Source: a virus
Lineage: Duplodnaviria; Caudoviricetes
Length of the DNA stretch: 52,536 nt
Virus record (IMG/VR): IMGVR_UViG_3300043372_000056
Coordinates: 1 to 52,536 of that record
Direction: 5' to 3' (one strand)
In this document: piece after piece, positions 8,797 through 17,080 of the stretch
Position numbering within the stretch: position 1 is the first letter of the stretch
Layout of the letters: every line of letters begins with the position of its first letter
Notes under the pieces: model-generated
What the model was told of the DNA's origin: nothing
The model's input: the letters and a program-made list of their open reading frames with translations, nothing else
Database searches by the model: none
Position numbers and translations under genes: made by a program

Positions 8797-9467
8797 ATCA
8801 CTTCTGCCGGTGGAAGTGGCTTGCAGTGGTTTATAGGCGCGCTCTGTTGGACCGTTAGATTGAAATGCACAAACTTGATGGGCTTATTGCTAGCGTGCCG
8901 CGTGAAGGAGTGGGCAAGCCAAGCGTTTGAGAAGATCATCAGCCCAGGCTTAGGTTTAAAGTTAATCATGCTGCTGGCAACGGTAGCTTGCGAAGCATCG
9001 CTTTGCGGCAAGTCGATCATGGTTTTGGCAACGCGAGGATCATGGAACACCACGCGAGAAGCGTTCTCTGGCACCTCAAGGAAATAGAAGCCCACAATCT
9101 GCGCGCCATAACCGTGCGTATGCTGATCCATGGCAGAGTGTTTGTGATGCTCCTGCGTCCACATTTCGGTGAACATGACGTTCTTGTCTTCCATGGCGTA
9201 GCCCTGCTCGGCCAGGATGTTCCAAGCGGACATGCCAATAAACTGAGCAAACTCAAAAACGCGCGGGTCATCGTAATAGTTTCCGCTCATTATGGCGGGA
9301 TAGATTTCATCAACCGGCTTTTCTTGCTTTGCCAGAAACTCGTCCGACACAGCGTTGACTGTCGCTAGGAAGTCAGGACGCTCAACCGTGTAAATGGGAG
9401 CGCCAAAATAAAACGCCGCCTGCAATTGCGGTTGAACCGGCAATGCTAATGGTGCGGCATTACACAT
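8793..9467 (-). CDS. Putative 2OG-Fe(II) oxygenase (TIGR02466-like)
   Basis: W...HTH, GFYFLEVP, FHDPR, PKPGLMIFSNAWLAH motifs; likely start MCNAAP at 9467 overlapping the upstream stop. Confidence 0.75.
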   Translation of the reverse strand: MCNAAPLALPVQPQLQAAFYFGAPIYTVERPDFLATVNAVSDEFLAKQEKPVDEIYPAIMSGNYYDDPRVFEFAQFIGMSAWNILAEQGYAMEDKNVMFTEMWTQEHHKHSAMDQHTHGYGAQIVGFYFLEVPENASRVVFHDPRVAKTMIDLPQSDASQATVASSMINFKPKPGLMIFSNAWLAHSFTRHASNKPIKFVHFNLTVQQSAPINHCKPLPPAEVI

Positions 9468-9948
9468 TCGGCACTTCCTCCCACCGCCACCCAAAGAAAT
9501 CAAACTGGTGCAGTTTGCCATCATCTGGTCGAGATGGCGCTTGTTTCCAGCCGCTCTCAGCACCACACCAAAAAACAATCACCCCCTCCACCGGATCGGG
9601 ACGAGGTATCGGAGGGATATACGAGCAGGTTGCCTCGTCAAACACCCATGCCGACCAGTTTTCCGCCTGTGGCCGTGTTGCCCAAGCATCTTTGACAACT
9701 TGCTGCTTGGCTGCAATTTCAGTTTCAGTCATTGGCCGCAATGACCACACATCGGTCCAGACGCCATCAACTTTTTGATAGGTGGGTTGGTCAGATTCTA
9801 GAATTTCATATATGCCGGGGATAGGGCGTTCAACGCGAGTAAAAGGCTCCCAATGATCGGGAACAACACCAAACGCTTGGATAAGGTTGTCTTCAAGCGC
9901 GGGATGGTTGACGGGTTGGTCGCTTTCAACCTGAATAAACAAGTTCAT
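9460..9948 (-). CDS. Hypothetical fibre-associated protein (possible assembly chaperone)
   Basis: 162 aa; WVFDEATCSYIPPIPRP motif; follows the Gly-rich fibre tip gene. Confidence 0.65.
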   Translation of the reverse strand: MNLFIQVESDQPVNHPALEDNLIQAFGVVPDHWEPFTRVERPIPGIYEILESDQPTYQKVDGVWTDVWSLRPMTETEIAAKQQVVKDAWATRPQAENWSAWVFDEATCSYIPPIPRPDPVEGVIVFWCGAESGWKQAPSRPDDGKLHQFDFFGWRWEEVPNV

Positions 9949-10778
9949 TTGTCACCTGTGCAAGTAGAAGGAAATTGACGAGTGGTGCCGGGCCAGATTA
10001 TGCGGACTGCACCGGGAGACGAGGTATTACTGCCAGTACCGCCGCCATAAGTCCCACCACCAAACTCAGTACCGTTAGTTCCACCGGAACCACCTTTTCC
10101 ATTTTTTGAAGCGCATGTACTCGCTGCGCCGCTAGTTCCTTGCCCAAGAATACCCACGCCACCACCACCTACTGCCGCGCCGAGTACATTACCGTCTTGC
10201 CCGTACCCGCCACCGCCACCGCCACCTGCGCCTGCTGTTCCAGCATTGCCCCCCGCATTGCCTCCAATACCTCCAGCGCCCGAGTACCCACCTGCGCCGC
10301 CACCGGCTCCCCATAACGGGCCAACGCATTGATTCCCCGTTCCACCACACCCGCCATTTCCACCGCCGTCTCCAGTGTATGTTCCACCAACAGCCCTTGT
10401 TGTCGGGTTTGGTTGGCCTGCGCCGCCTCCACCCTTGACTACTCCAGTAGAAACAAAATAACTATCATTTCCATTGGTGGTGGAGGTAGCGAGTGCGCCA
10501 ACAACAACAGTATATGAACTACCTGGGGTGACTGCATAGTTATTTTTGTACCCCAAACCAGCACCAGCCCCACCCCCACCATTTGCAGGATTTATACCCG
10601 TCTTTTGATTGCCGCCAGTACCAACAGCTACAACAGAAACGCTAGTTACACCAGCTGGAGCAACCCAAGAATAAGTGCCTGGTGTAGTGTACGCTTGCTG
10701 GCCCGGTGGAGCTACAAAAATACCAGCAAACCCAAACCCTCTAGCGGAACCCGCGCCTCTTGTGATGATTGTTGGCAT
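9945..10778 (-). CDS. Glycine-rich fibre tip / adhesin-like protein
   Basis: 277 aa; YTTPGTYSWVAPAGVTSVSVVAVG head, GGGGG repeats, GAVRIIWPG end. Confidence 0.7.
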   Translation of the reverse strand: MPTIITRGAGSARGFGFAGIFVAPPGQQAYTTPGTYSWVAPAGVTSVSVVAVGTGGNQKTGINPANGGGGAGAGLGYKNNYAVTPGSSYTVVVGALATSTTNGNDSYFVSTGVVKGGGGAGQPNPTTRAVGGTYTGDGGGNGGCGGTGNQCVGPLWGAGGGAGGYSGAGGIGGNAGGNAGTAGAGGGGGGGYGQDGNVLGAAVGGGGVGILGQGTSGAASTCASKNGKGGSGGTNGTEFGGGTYGGGTGSNTSSPGAVRIIWPGTTRQFPSTCTGDK

Positions 10779-10787
10779 CCTATTACC

Positions 10788-11513
10788 TCACGCAAACTTT
10801 GTTTGGCTAGCAAACACGGTGAATGCTGCGGAACCCGTCTTCACAATGGTGTAGGTGTATATGTCAATGCTGGAAGCATTGCCGGAAGCCCAAGCGGTGC
10901 CGCCCTGATACTTAGGCGTGACGGCAGAGCCATCAACTTGAACCACGTTGTTGTAATAGGCGGTTGCCCCTTGGGTGACGAGGAATGCCACCGTGATGCA
11001 TTGGCCTGTGGACATCGCCGTGTTCAAGCTGGTTCCACTTGAAGCCCGGAAATTCACCGTCCAGTTGGCCGAGGCGTTGCTGGTGTAATACAGAACGCTT
11101 TGCGTGGTAACATCATACGCAATCGTACCCGTGGCCGCAGTGGCGCTAATCGTGGCGGTTTCAGCAACATTCGTAAGTACGGATGCAAGTTTGCTGGACG
11201 TGCCAGAAAATGTTTGCGTACCGGTAAAAGTGTTGTCAGCCGAAAGCGAAATACCGCTTGTAAACGACAAGGTGCCCGAACCGTTGGTCGTGACCACCTG
11301 ACCATTCGTGCCGTCGGCGGTGGGGTATTTCAGCCCCGCCGGGTTGTTCATCAAGCGAACGACGGTGCCCGAGGCGTTTTCAGCAAACAGCGCCATGTCA
11401 GCGTTGTTGATGTTGATCGCAAGTTCGCCGGGGGCCAGGTTCGCAGTCAACGGCACCGCCGCAGCGGTCGTCGTGCGGTACAACTGGATCGGGGTGTAAC
11501 CGGTTTGTGCCAT
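10788..11513 (-). CDS. Fibre protein with Mtd_N-like N-terminal domain
   Basis: IQLY...P...LAPGELAIN N-terminus; YPTADGTNGQVVTTNGSGTLSF fibre motif. Confidence 0.65.
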   Translation of the reverse strand: MAQTGYTPIQLYRTTTAAAVPLTANLAPGELAININNADMALFAENASGTVVRLMNNPAGLKYPTADGTNGQVVTTNGSGTLSFTSGISLSADNTFTGTQTFSGTSSKLASVLTNVAETATISATAATGTIAYDVTTQSVLYYTSNASANWTVNFRASSGTSLNTAMSTGQCITVAFLVTQGATAYYNNVVQVDGSAVTPKYQGGTAWASGNASSIDIYTYTIVKTGSAAFTVFASQTKFA

Positions 11514-11517
11514 CAGA

Positions 11518-11862
11518 TCACCTCAGATTTTCAATCTTATACAGCGTTTTCATATACACTGCTGTCATTTCATCAAGGATATTTTCAAGGGCTGGAACGC
11601 CCCGGGCAATTTCCTTGCGGTTGGAGTTCAACCATAGCAGGTCTTTGCGAAGGAACTTAGCAATATCCTTGACCTGCTCGGGGGCCTGTTCAAGCTGCCC
11701 AAACGTGCCTTGGTATGCCTCAACATAGCGGTCGAGCACGCCGATGATGTCCTCGTAGAACTCACCGAGAGCTTCGTGCTGAGAAAAGCTGTTGGTCGTC
11801 CAATGGTTGGCATGCGCGGTGTTCCGCGCCTCAAACGACTTCGTGATCAGGTCTTTGATCAT
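11518..11862 (-). CDS. Ferritin/Dps-like protein (DUF5856-like)
   Basis: AHANHW...HEALGEFYE...DRYVEAYQG metal-ligand pattern; ENILDE...YK end. Confidence 0.7.
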   Translation of the reverse strand: MIKDLITKSFEARNTAHANHWTTNSFSQHEALGEFYEDIIGVLDRYVEAYQGTFGQLEQAPEQVKDIAKFLRKDLLWLNSNRKEIARGVPALENILDEMTAVYMKTLYKIENLR

Positions 11863-13958
11863 CAGAATGTGCCCCCGTCGATGCCGCCCCAGGCGGGCAC
11901 GCTTGCTCCCGCAGATACCAATACCTGCCCGGCAGTGCCATTGGCAATGAACGCCGTCGTACCTGCGGCGCTCTGATAAGGAATCTGACTAGCCGCACCA
12001 CCGGCAAGGTTGGTGGCCGTCGTGGCGCTGGTCGCGCTGGTGGCCGAACCCACAGAGAGCGACGACTGATTGGCCCAGGTCGGAACGCCAGAACCACCAG
12101 AAAGCAGAACTTGGCTGGCAGTGCCCGCCGCGCTGAAGGCGTATGCTGTGCCGGTGCCGTAAGATACCGCGCCCGCCGTGGGTGTGGCGGTGCCATTCGT
12201 GCCACCATACGCTATTGCGATGGTCGTCGCGTTCCACGTCCCGGCAGTCAGGGTGCCGACGCCCGTGATGCCCGTGTAAGAGCCGCTCAGGCGTCCCGAA
12301 TCCAGCGTGCCGGATGTCACTTGGGTGGCGGCAATGGCGATGGAAGTGTCAGACGCCGCCGTCAATTGGCCCTGAGCATTCACCGTGTATGTGGGAACCG
12401 CCGAGGCCGAACCGTAGGAAGCCGCTGTCACCGCCGTGTTGGTGATGCTGAAGACGGTCCCGGCAAGGGTCAGGCCGGTGCCTGCCGTGTATGTCGTACC
12501 CGCCGCACCGAACTGCGAGAACACGATTGCCGTGGTGCCGACCGTTATGGGCTGTGGCGTCTGCTGCACCCAAGAGGTGTTAGCGTTTGCGGTTCCCGCC
12601 GTGATCAGAAAGAAGTCGCCCGCGTCGATCTGATTGACGCCTGTGCCGGGCGTGTCGAAGTCAGTCGCTCGAGTGAGGATGAACGGCGCGGCACCGCTGC
12701 CGGTCTGGGTGACGACATAGACGCCGTTGTGGGCCTGATTGGCTTGGTTCTTGACCAAGATGCGATTGGTGGTGGCGACCAGCGTGCCATCGACCGACAG
12801 GGCAGCGTTCGCCGTGGCGGTCAGCGTTGCACCGACACCGGAAGACCCGTTGTTGTAGGTGCAGGTCGGCAGTGCCGCCGTTGAAGCCAACCGGCAGGCT
12901 TGGTGGAAATTGATGCCCGCCGCAATGGAATCGGCATAGTTCTTATTGACAATGTCAGTGCCGTTGGTTGGCGCGGTCGAAATGCTGCCGGTCGTCAGCG
13001 TGACGGCATTGATCGTCGTGTTTGTCGCAGAGGTCACCTGACCCTTTGCGTTCACGGTAATGACCGGCACAACCGCCTGGGAGCCGTAGGTTCCAGCGGA
13101 TGCGCCAGAGTTGGGCAGGTCTGCGGTAACCAGCGCCCGGAAGCCTGTAGGGGCCGCAGCACCAGCCGCCGGGCCAGCATATACCACGTTGGCGGCTTGA
13201 TCCGTTATGACAAGCGCGGAGCCCCAAATGGGGGCACCTGTTCCGCCAGAAATAAGCACCTGACCGGCAATGCCCACCGGACCAACATACAGGCCATCGG
13301 CGCCGGACCAGATGATAGCACCAGCCGCCGCCACGATGCTTCGGGCAGTGCCGCCGTTGCCCAGGCCGAGGATGCCGTCAACCTCGTCATCGACGCCAAG
13401 ATTGACCGCCGGATGCTTGTGATCTGCCCGAGTGATGTTATTGGACGAGCCTGCGGAGCCTGCCTGGAACCCCGCCAGCGGCGTGGCACTGCTCAGATTG
13501 GCGGTGATCGTCAGGTTGCTAGTAAGAGCACCACCGCCGCTTAGACCGGCCCCTGTGTTAACCTGGCGGCTATCAGGAACGTATCCACTGATCGTGGCGG
13601 CCACCGTGGTAGCCGCCATGACGCGGCCCGTAGCATCCACCGTGAAGACTGGAATGTCGGTGGCAGTGCCGTAGGAGCCCGGCGTGACGCCCGAACTGGC
13701 AAGCTGGGTGGAACCCACGCCACCCGCCGCAATACTCAGCGTGACATTCCCTGTAAGCTGGCCACCGCCGGTCATGCCCGTACCGGCAATTACTTGCGTC
13801 GTTACGGGCACTCCGGCAACCGAAAGCAGATCACCGACGCGGATTTGATAGTTGTTACCCTGATAGACAATCATCATCAGGGAATTTGCGTCAGCCACCG
13901 GGGCGACGGGTAGCTGCGTGATCCGCGTCGGAATGAGGTTGCTAGGTACGTCGGTCAT
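11862..13958 (-). CDS. Long fibre/structural protein
   Basis: 698 aa; RITQLP N-terminus; three (G/A)(S/T)YG...P...TVxAxG repeats; RILVKNQ...NGVYVVT...LTRATDFD domain; C-terminal IDGGTF. Confidence 0.75.
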   Translation of the reverse strand: MTDVPSNLIPTRITQLPVAPVADANSLMMIVYQGNNYQIRVGDLLSVAGVPVTTQVIAGTGMTGGGQLTGNVTLSIAAGGVGSTQLASSGVTPGSYGTATDIPVFTVDATGRVMAATTVAATISGYVPDSRQVNTGAGLSGGGALTSNLTITANLSSATPLAGFQAGSAGSSNNITRADHKHPAVNLGVDDEVDGILGLGNGGTARSIVAAAGAIIWSGADGLYVGPVGIAGQVLISGGTGAPIWGSALVITDQAANVVYAGPAAGAAAPTGFRALVTADLPNSGASAGTYGSQAVVPVITVNAKGQVTSATNTTINAVTLTTGSISTAPTNGTDIVNKNYADSIAAGINFHQACRLASTAALPTCTYNNGSSGVGATLTATANAALSVDGTLVATTNRILVKNQANQAHNGVYVVTQTGSGAAPFILTRATDFDTPGTGVNQIDAGDFFLITAGTANANTSWVQQTPQPITVGTTAIVFSQFGAAGTTYTAGTGLTLAGTVFSITNTAVTAASYGSASAVPTYTVNAQGQLTAASDTSIAIAATQVTSGTLDSGRLSGSYTGITGVGTLTAGTWNATTIAIAYGGTNGTATPTAGAVSYGTGTAYAFSAAGTASQVLLSGGSGVPTWANQSSLSVGSATSATSATTATNLAGGAASQIPYQSAAGTTAFIANGTAGQVLVSAGASVPAWGGIDGGTF

Positions 13959-14267
13959 TTAGAACTCCAGATACCCGTCGCCATCTTCAGTGATGAAGAA
14001 CTCGTCGCCCTGCTCCTGAATAACACCAGCCGGGCGCGTATTGATAGGCGTATCAGGTCGATTGAACGGCAGCACAATCTGATCCGGTGCCCGGGGGGCG
14101 AGGCGATACGGGTCGTATTGATCACGGTCGAGATCGCACACCATGAGGCCGGGGAAATTCGGATCGGGCGAAAGCTCGGCAAGGAACATCTTGCGCGAGC
14201 AGCGCCCGCAGATACCGATGCCGTAGGTTGACTGACCGGTCGGATCGAGAAACTTGCCACCACTCAT
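13959..14267 (-). CDS. Small virion protein with CxxC...C motif
   Basis: ICGRC...GLMVC...DQYDP; C-terminal ITEDG motif. Confidence 0.7.
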   Translation of the reverse strand: MSGGKFLDPTGQSTYGIGICGRCSRKMFLAELSPDPNFPGLMVCDLDRDQYDPYRLAPRAPDQIVLPFNRPDTPINTRPAGVIQEQGDEFFITEDGDGYLEF

Positions 14268-15244
14268 GCGGTGTAGGCCCGAATGCCCGGGTTGATCTGG
14301 GTGGGCGAGCCGTCGTTATCCCCATCCCAGGCACGTTGCATGGATACGCTGGCGCGTGCTTCGAGTACAGGGATCAGGTTCAGATCGACAGCAGGCGTCT
14401 CAGCCGCCATGCGGGCAGCGAGGCCATTCGTGATAGCCTCGAGCCATCGGTCAGGCACCTCGACCTCCTGCTGAAGGTTCTCGGTGTCCATGATCTGGCG
14501 ATGCCGCCACAGCACAAGCTGGGCCTGCTCAGCCGCAGAGAACGGCGCGGGCCACAGGTACACCACCGGCTCGGGCAGGTCGCGCAGGAAATAGTAGCTG
14601 CTGGGTCGGCCCGGGAACACCTTGTTGGACTGGTTCACATAGCTGTCGCGGTTCAACTGCCCGAGCGGGATTTCCTGCGGCAGGTTGCCCAGGGTGATCG
14701 CGGTGTAGTTGATCGTGCTGGCCGAGGTGATGCGGAAATATTGGTATGGCAGGCCGACGCTGATGTCGGTCCATGTGATGTCACCGGCAACCGTCGTTGT
14801 CGTCTGCGTGCCGACCGTCACCCAGGTCGTGCCGTTATTGCTGACCTGAAATGTGAGGTTAACGCCCGCACCGCTCCACTCGACGCCCACCGTATTGACC
14901 ACGGTTGCGCTGGTGAAGTTCACCGTGTAGCTGGTCGAGGTACTCACCGTCGTGCCGCTGAGAAGCTGAAGCGTGCGATAGTTGAGGTTCAGCACCTCAA
15001 CCGTACCGACAGGCAGCGTCACCAGGGGCTGGTTCTCATACATCGGCAGAATGAGCTTCTCGATGCACCAGCTTGGCGTCTTGATGTTCGCAAGCTCAGA
15101 AAGCATGAGATAGAGCGAATCGAGAGCATAAGACTGCATCTCAGACGTGATAGCCTGGGCAGGCAGACGGCACCGCCGGAAGGCGTGATCAACCACCTTC
15201 AGCGCATTAAACGTGGTGCCGCCGATATTACCTGAGTAGGCCAT
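14264..15244 (-). CDS. Head-tail connector/adaptor-like protein
   Basis: AFRRC...SLYLMLSE...GRPSSYYF...YLWPAP...VPDRWLEAITNGLA; start moved to MAYSG (15244) after GGAG. Confidence 0.65.
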   Translation of the reverse strand: MAYSGNIGGTTFNALKVVDHAFRRCRLPAQAITSEMQSYALDSLYLMLSELANIKTPSWCIEKLILPMYENQPLVTLPVGTVEVLNLNYRTLQLLSGTTVSTSTSYTVNFTSATVVNTVGVEWSGAGVNLTFQVSNNGTTWVTVGTQTTTTVAGDITWTDISVGLPYQYFRITSASTINYTAITLGNLPQEIPLGQLNRDSYVNQSNKVFPGRPSSYYFLRDLPEPVVYLWPAPFSAAEQAQLVLWRHRQIMDTENLQQEVEVPDRWLEAITNGLAARMAAETPAVDLNLIPVLEARASVSMQRAWDGDNDGSPTQINPGIRAYTA

Positions 15245-15280
15245 GCTTTCTCCGCTCAAAGGCGACGGTCGCTGGTTCAG

Positions 15281-15322
15281 CAGGCCCCGTGGTATTTGGC
15301 GAAAAATACGTCACGGGGCCTG
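15281..15322. other. Long intergenic hairpin (11-bp plus 6-bp stems)
   Basis: CAGGCCCCGTG-GTATTT-GGCGAA-AAATAC-GT-CACGGGGCCTG. Confidence 0.7.
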
Positions 15323-15332
15323 AAATAACAAG

Positions 15333-15875
15333 CTACTTCTTGGAAGCCTTGCGGGCTTCCGACATGCCAATCGCAACAGCCTGCTTGCGGTTCGTCACCA
15401 TGGGGCCGTTCTTGCTGCCGGAATGCAGTTCACCGGCTTTGAACTCGCCCATGACCTTGCCGACCTTGGACATGCCGCCCTTGGCCATGCCGCAGTCACT
15501 TATGCCGCCCTTGGCCATACCGCCTTTGGCCATGGCACGCATGGGCATGGCAGGGGCGCGAGCCATTGCGGCTTGGCGGTTTGCCAGAACTTGAGCCGTG
15601 GCCGCTTGAGCGGGAGTCATCGCCATGCCGCCCATAGCCATGTTCACCGAACCCTTGGCATGCGGCATCGGTGCGCCCTTGCCGTCAGACAGGAGGGTCT
15701 TAGCGGTGTTCTCCTTCTTGCTATAGAGCATGTCGCTCTTCGGGGCGGGCGAAGCGGCAGGCTTGGTTGACTTCATGTTACCCATAGCCATGCCGCCCTT
15801 GGCATAACCCGGTGCCGCCGTCTTACCGGCGGACGGAAACGTAAACTCAGAGACGTATTGCAGCGTCTTACCCAT
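15333..15875 (-). CDS. Small basic Met/Ala/Gly-rich protein with tandem MAKGG motifs and DUF6496-like C-terminus
   Basis: YAKGG, MAMGG, 3x MAKGG; KVMGEFKAGELHSG...RKQAVAIGMSEAR. Confidence 0.75.
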   Translation of the reverse strand: MGKTLQYVSEFTFPSAGKTAAPGYAKGGMAMGNMKSTKPAASPAPKSDMLYSKKENTAKTLLSDGKGAPMPHAKGSVNMAMGGMAMTPAQAATAQVLANRQAAMARAPAMPMRAMAKGGMAKGGISDCGMAKGGMSKVGKVMGEFKAGELHSGSKNGPMVTNRKQAVAIGMSEARKASKK

Positions 15876-16125
15876 TGCCTGGACCCTTTACACGGATGTT
15901 TTCAATTAAGCGATCAAGCTTTGCATCAAGCACTTCAAGGCGGTTCATCACGCGGTTGATGTCAACGTGAACTTCCGTCTTCGTCACATAATCCTTAGCG
16001 ATTTCCTCGCGCGTCTTGTTCAGAAGGATGGATATGCGGGCCAGTTCCCCAGCCTTATCCTTCAGAACCCAACCAATGACGCCAACAACCAAAGATAGTG
16101 CAGCGTTCCACAGCGTTATGTCCAT
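15868..16125 (-). CDS. Single-TM coiled-coil protein (possible holin-like)
   Basis: N-terminal hydrophobic helix followed by LEVLDAKLDRL heptads. Confidence 0.6.
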   Translation of the reverse strand: MDITLWNAALSLVVGVIGWVLKDKAGELARISILLNKTREEIAKDYVTKTEVHVDINRVMNRLEVLDAKLDRLIENIRVKGPGNG

Positions 16126-16137
16126 TGCATCGCCTCG

Positions 16138-16548
16138 TCACAGTGTCGCGTAGGTTTTGATGCACTCCAGAACCACCGTGTACATGTCACCGGAACTGGC
16201 ATCGGCGGTGGTAAACAACACGTTGCCATTCACACCCGCACCGGCATTGCTAGGCAGGCCACCGAACGACGAAAAATCCATAAGATAGTTCGTATTTTGG
16301 GGAATTTGCCACGCAAATGTATCCGTGGTGGCATCAAACAAAATTCGGATTTCCAAACCGTGAGTGGTCGCCCAAATCTTGTTGATCTTCACACCGTTGC
16401 AGGCATACCCGAAAATATTCGGGTTCAGGGCAGAGGCGTTGATCTTTACGACCGCCGTCTCGCCCGTGCCGTCTGAGATGTTTGTAAACTTGCCGATAAA
16501 CAGGCGTTCACCGTCAAGGATCGTCTGGGACGATACTGCGTCAGCCAT
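16138..16548 (-). CDS. Hypothetical virion structural protein
   Basis: 136-aa beta-rich ORF with GAGG RBS, downstream of the capsid gene. Confidence 0.7.
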   Translation of the reverse strand: MADAVSSQTILDGERLFIGKFTNISDGTGETAVVKINASALNPNIFGYACNGVKINKIWATTHGLEIRILFDATTDTFAWQIPQNTNYLMDFSSFGGLPSNAGAGVNGNVLFTTADASSGDMYTVVLECIKTYATL

Positions 16549-16570
16549 CGCGCGCCTCCTTTATGCCGGA

Positions 16571-16966
16571 TCAGGCGATTGTGACGCCGCGATCACCCAC
16601 GATTGCCCAACCAGCCGCCGTGTAGATCAGCATTGCGCTGTCGCCAACCGCAGTGAACGTGATGGTGGTAAAACCGATCTTCGTGGTCGGGGTGAGCACC
16701 GCCGAACCGCCGTCAACGACGTGGCTGATGATCTTGATCTGACCCAGCGTGCCATTGGCCAGCGTCAGAGCCTGGGCCGCGCCGGTCGTGGTCAGCGAGG
16801 TGAGCATGTCGGTGATATTGACCGCACCCGCGCCAGACAGAGCCTGATTGGTTGCGATGACGTCGCCCGTGATGTTGCCGGTCACGTCGCCCGTAACGTT
16901 GCCGGTGACGGCACCGATGAAGCCGTTGTCAGACCGGACCGGGCCGGAAAAGCGAGTTTGAGCCAT
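16571..16966 (-). CDS. Putative capsid fibre/decoration protein
   Basis: MAQTRFSGPVRSDNGF N-terminus; GNVTGDVTGNITGDV repeats. Confidence 0.7.
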   Translation of the reverse strand: MAQTRFSGPVRSDNGFIGAVTGNVTGDVTGNITGDVIATNQALSGAGAVNITDMLTSLTTTGAAQALTLANGTLGQIKIISHVVDGGSAVLTPTTKIGFTTITFTAVGDSAMLIYTAAGWAIVGDRGVTIA

Positions 16967-16974
16967 TTGTTTTT

Positions 16975-17034
16975 CCTCTCATGCGAGATAAGCGTTACAG
17001 TCTGCATGACGTCAGCCGGGACTGTCTGCAACGC
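16975..17034 (-). ncRNA. Structured cis-RNA element resembling the Mu-gpT-DE motif (stem, inner hairpin, pseudoknot into the downstream SD)
   Basis: GCGUUGCAG/CUGUAACGC 9-bp stem; AGUC/GGCU hairpin; UCAUGC pairs with GCAUGA next to the GAGAGG RBS; lies directly after a Mu-gpT-like capsid gene. Confidence 0.6.
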
Positions 17035-17047
17035 CGGTTTACCCGGG

Positions 17048-17075
17048 AAAGCGAATGGGGGGCCGAAGCCCCCCA
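17048..17075 (-). terminator. Hairpin/weak intrinsic terminator after the major capsid gene
   Basis: UGGGGGGC-UUCG-GCCCCCCA followed by UUCGCUUU. Confidence 0.7.
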
Positions 17076-17080
17076 CCCAA

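Noticed and set aside
9945-13958. Diversity-generating retroelement suggested by the Mtd_N-like domain
   Set aside because: No reverse transcriptase and no template/variable repeat pair seen.
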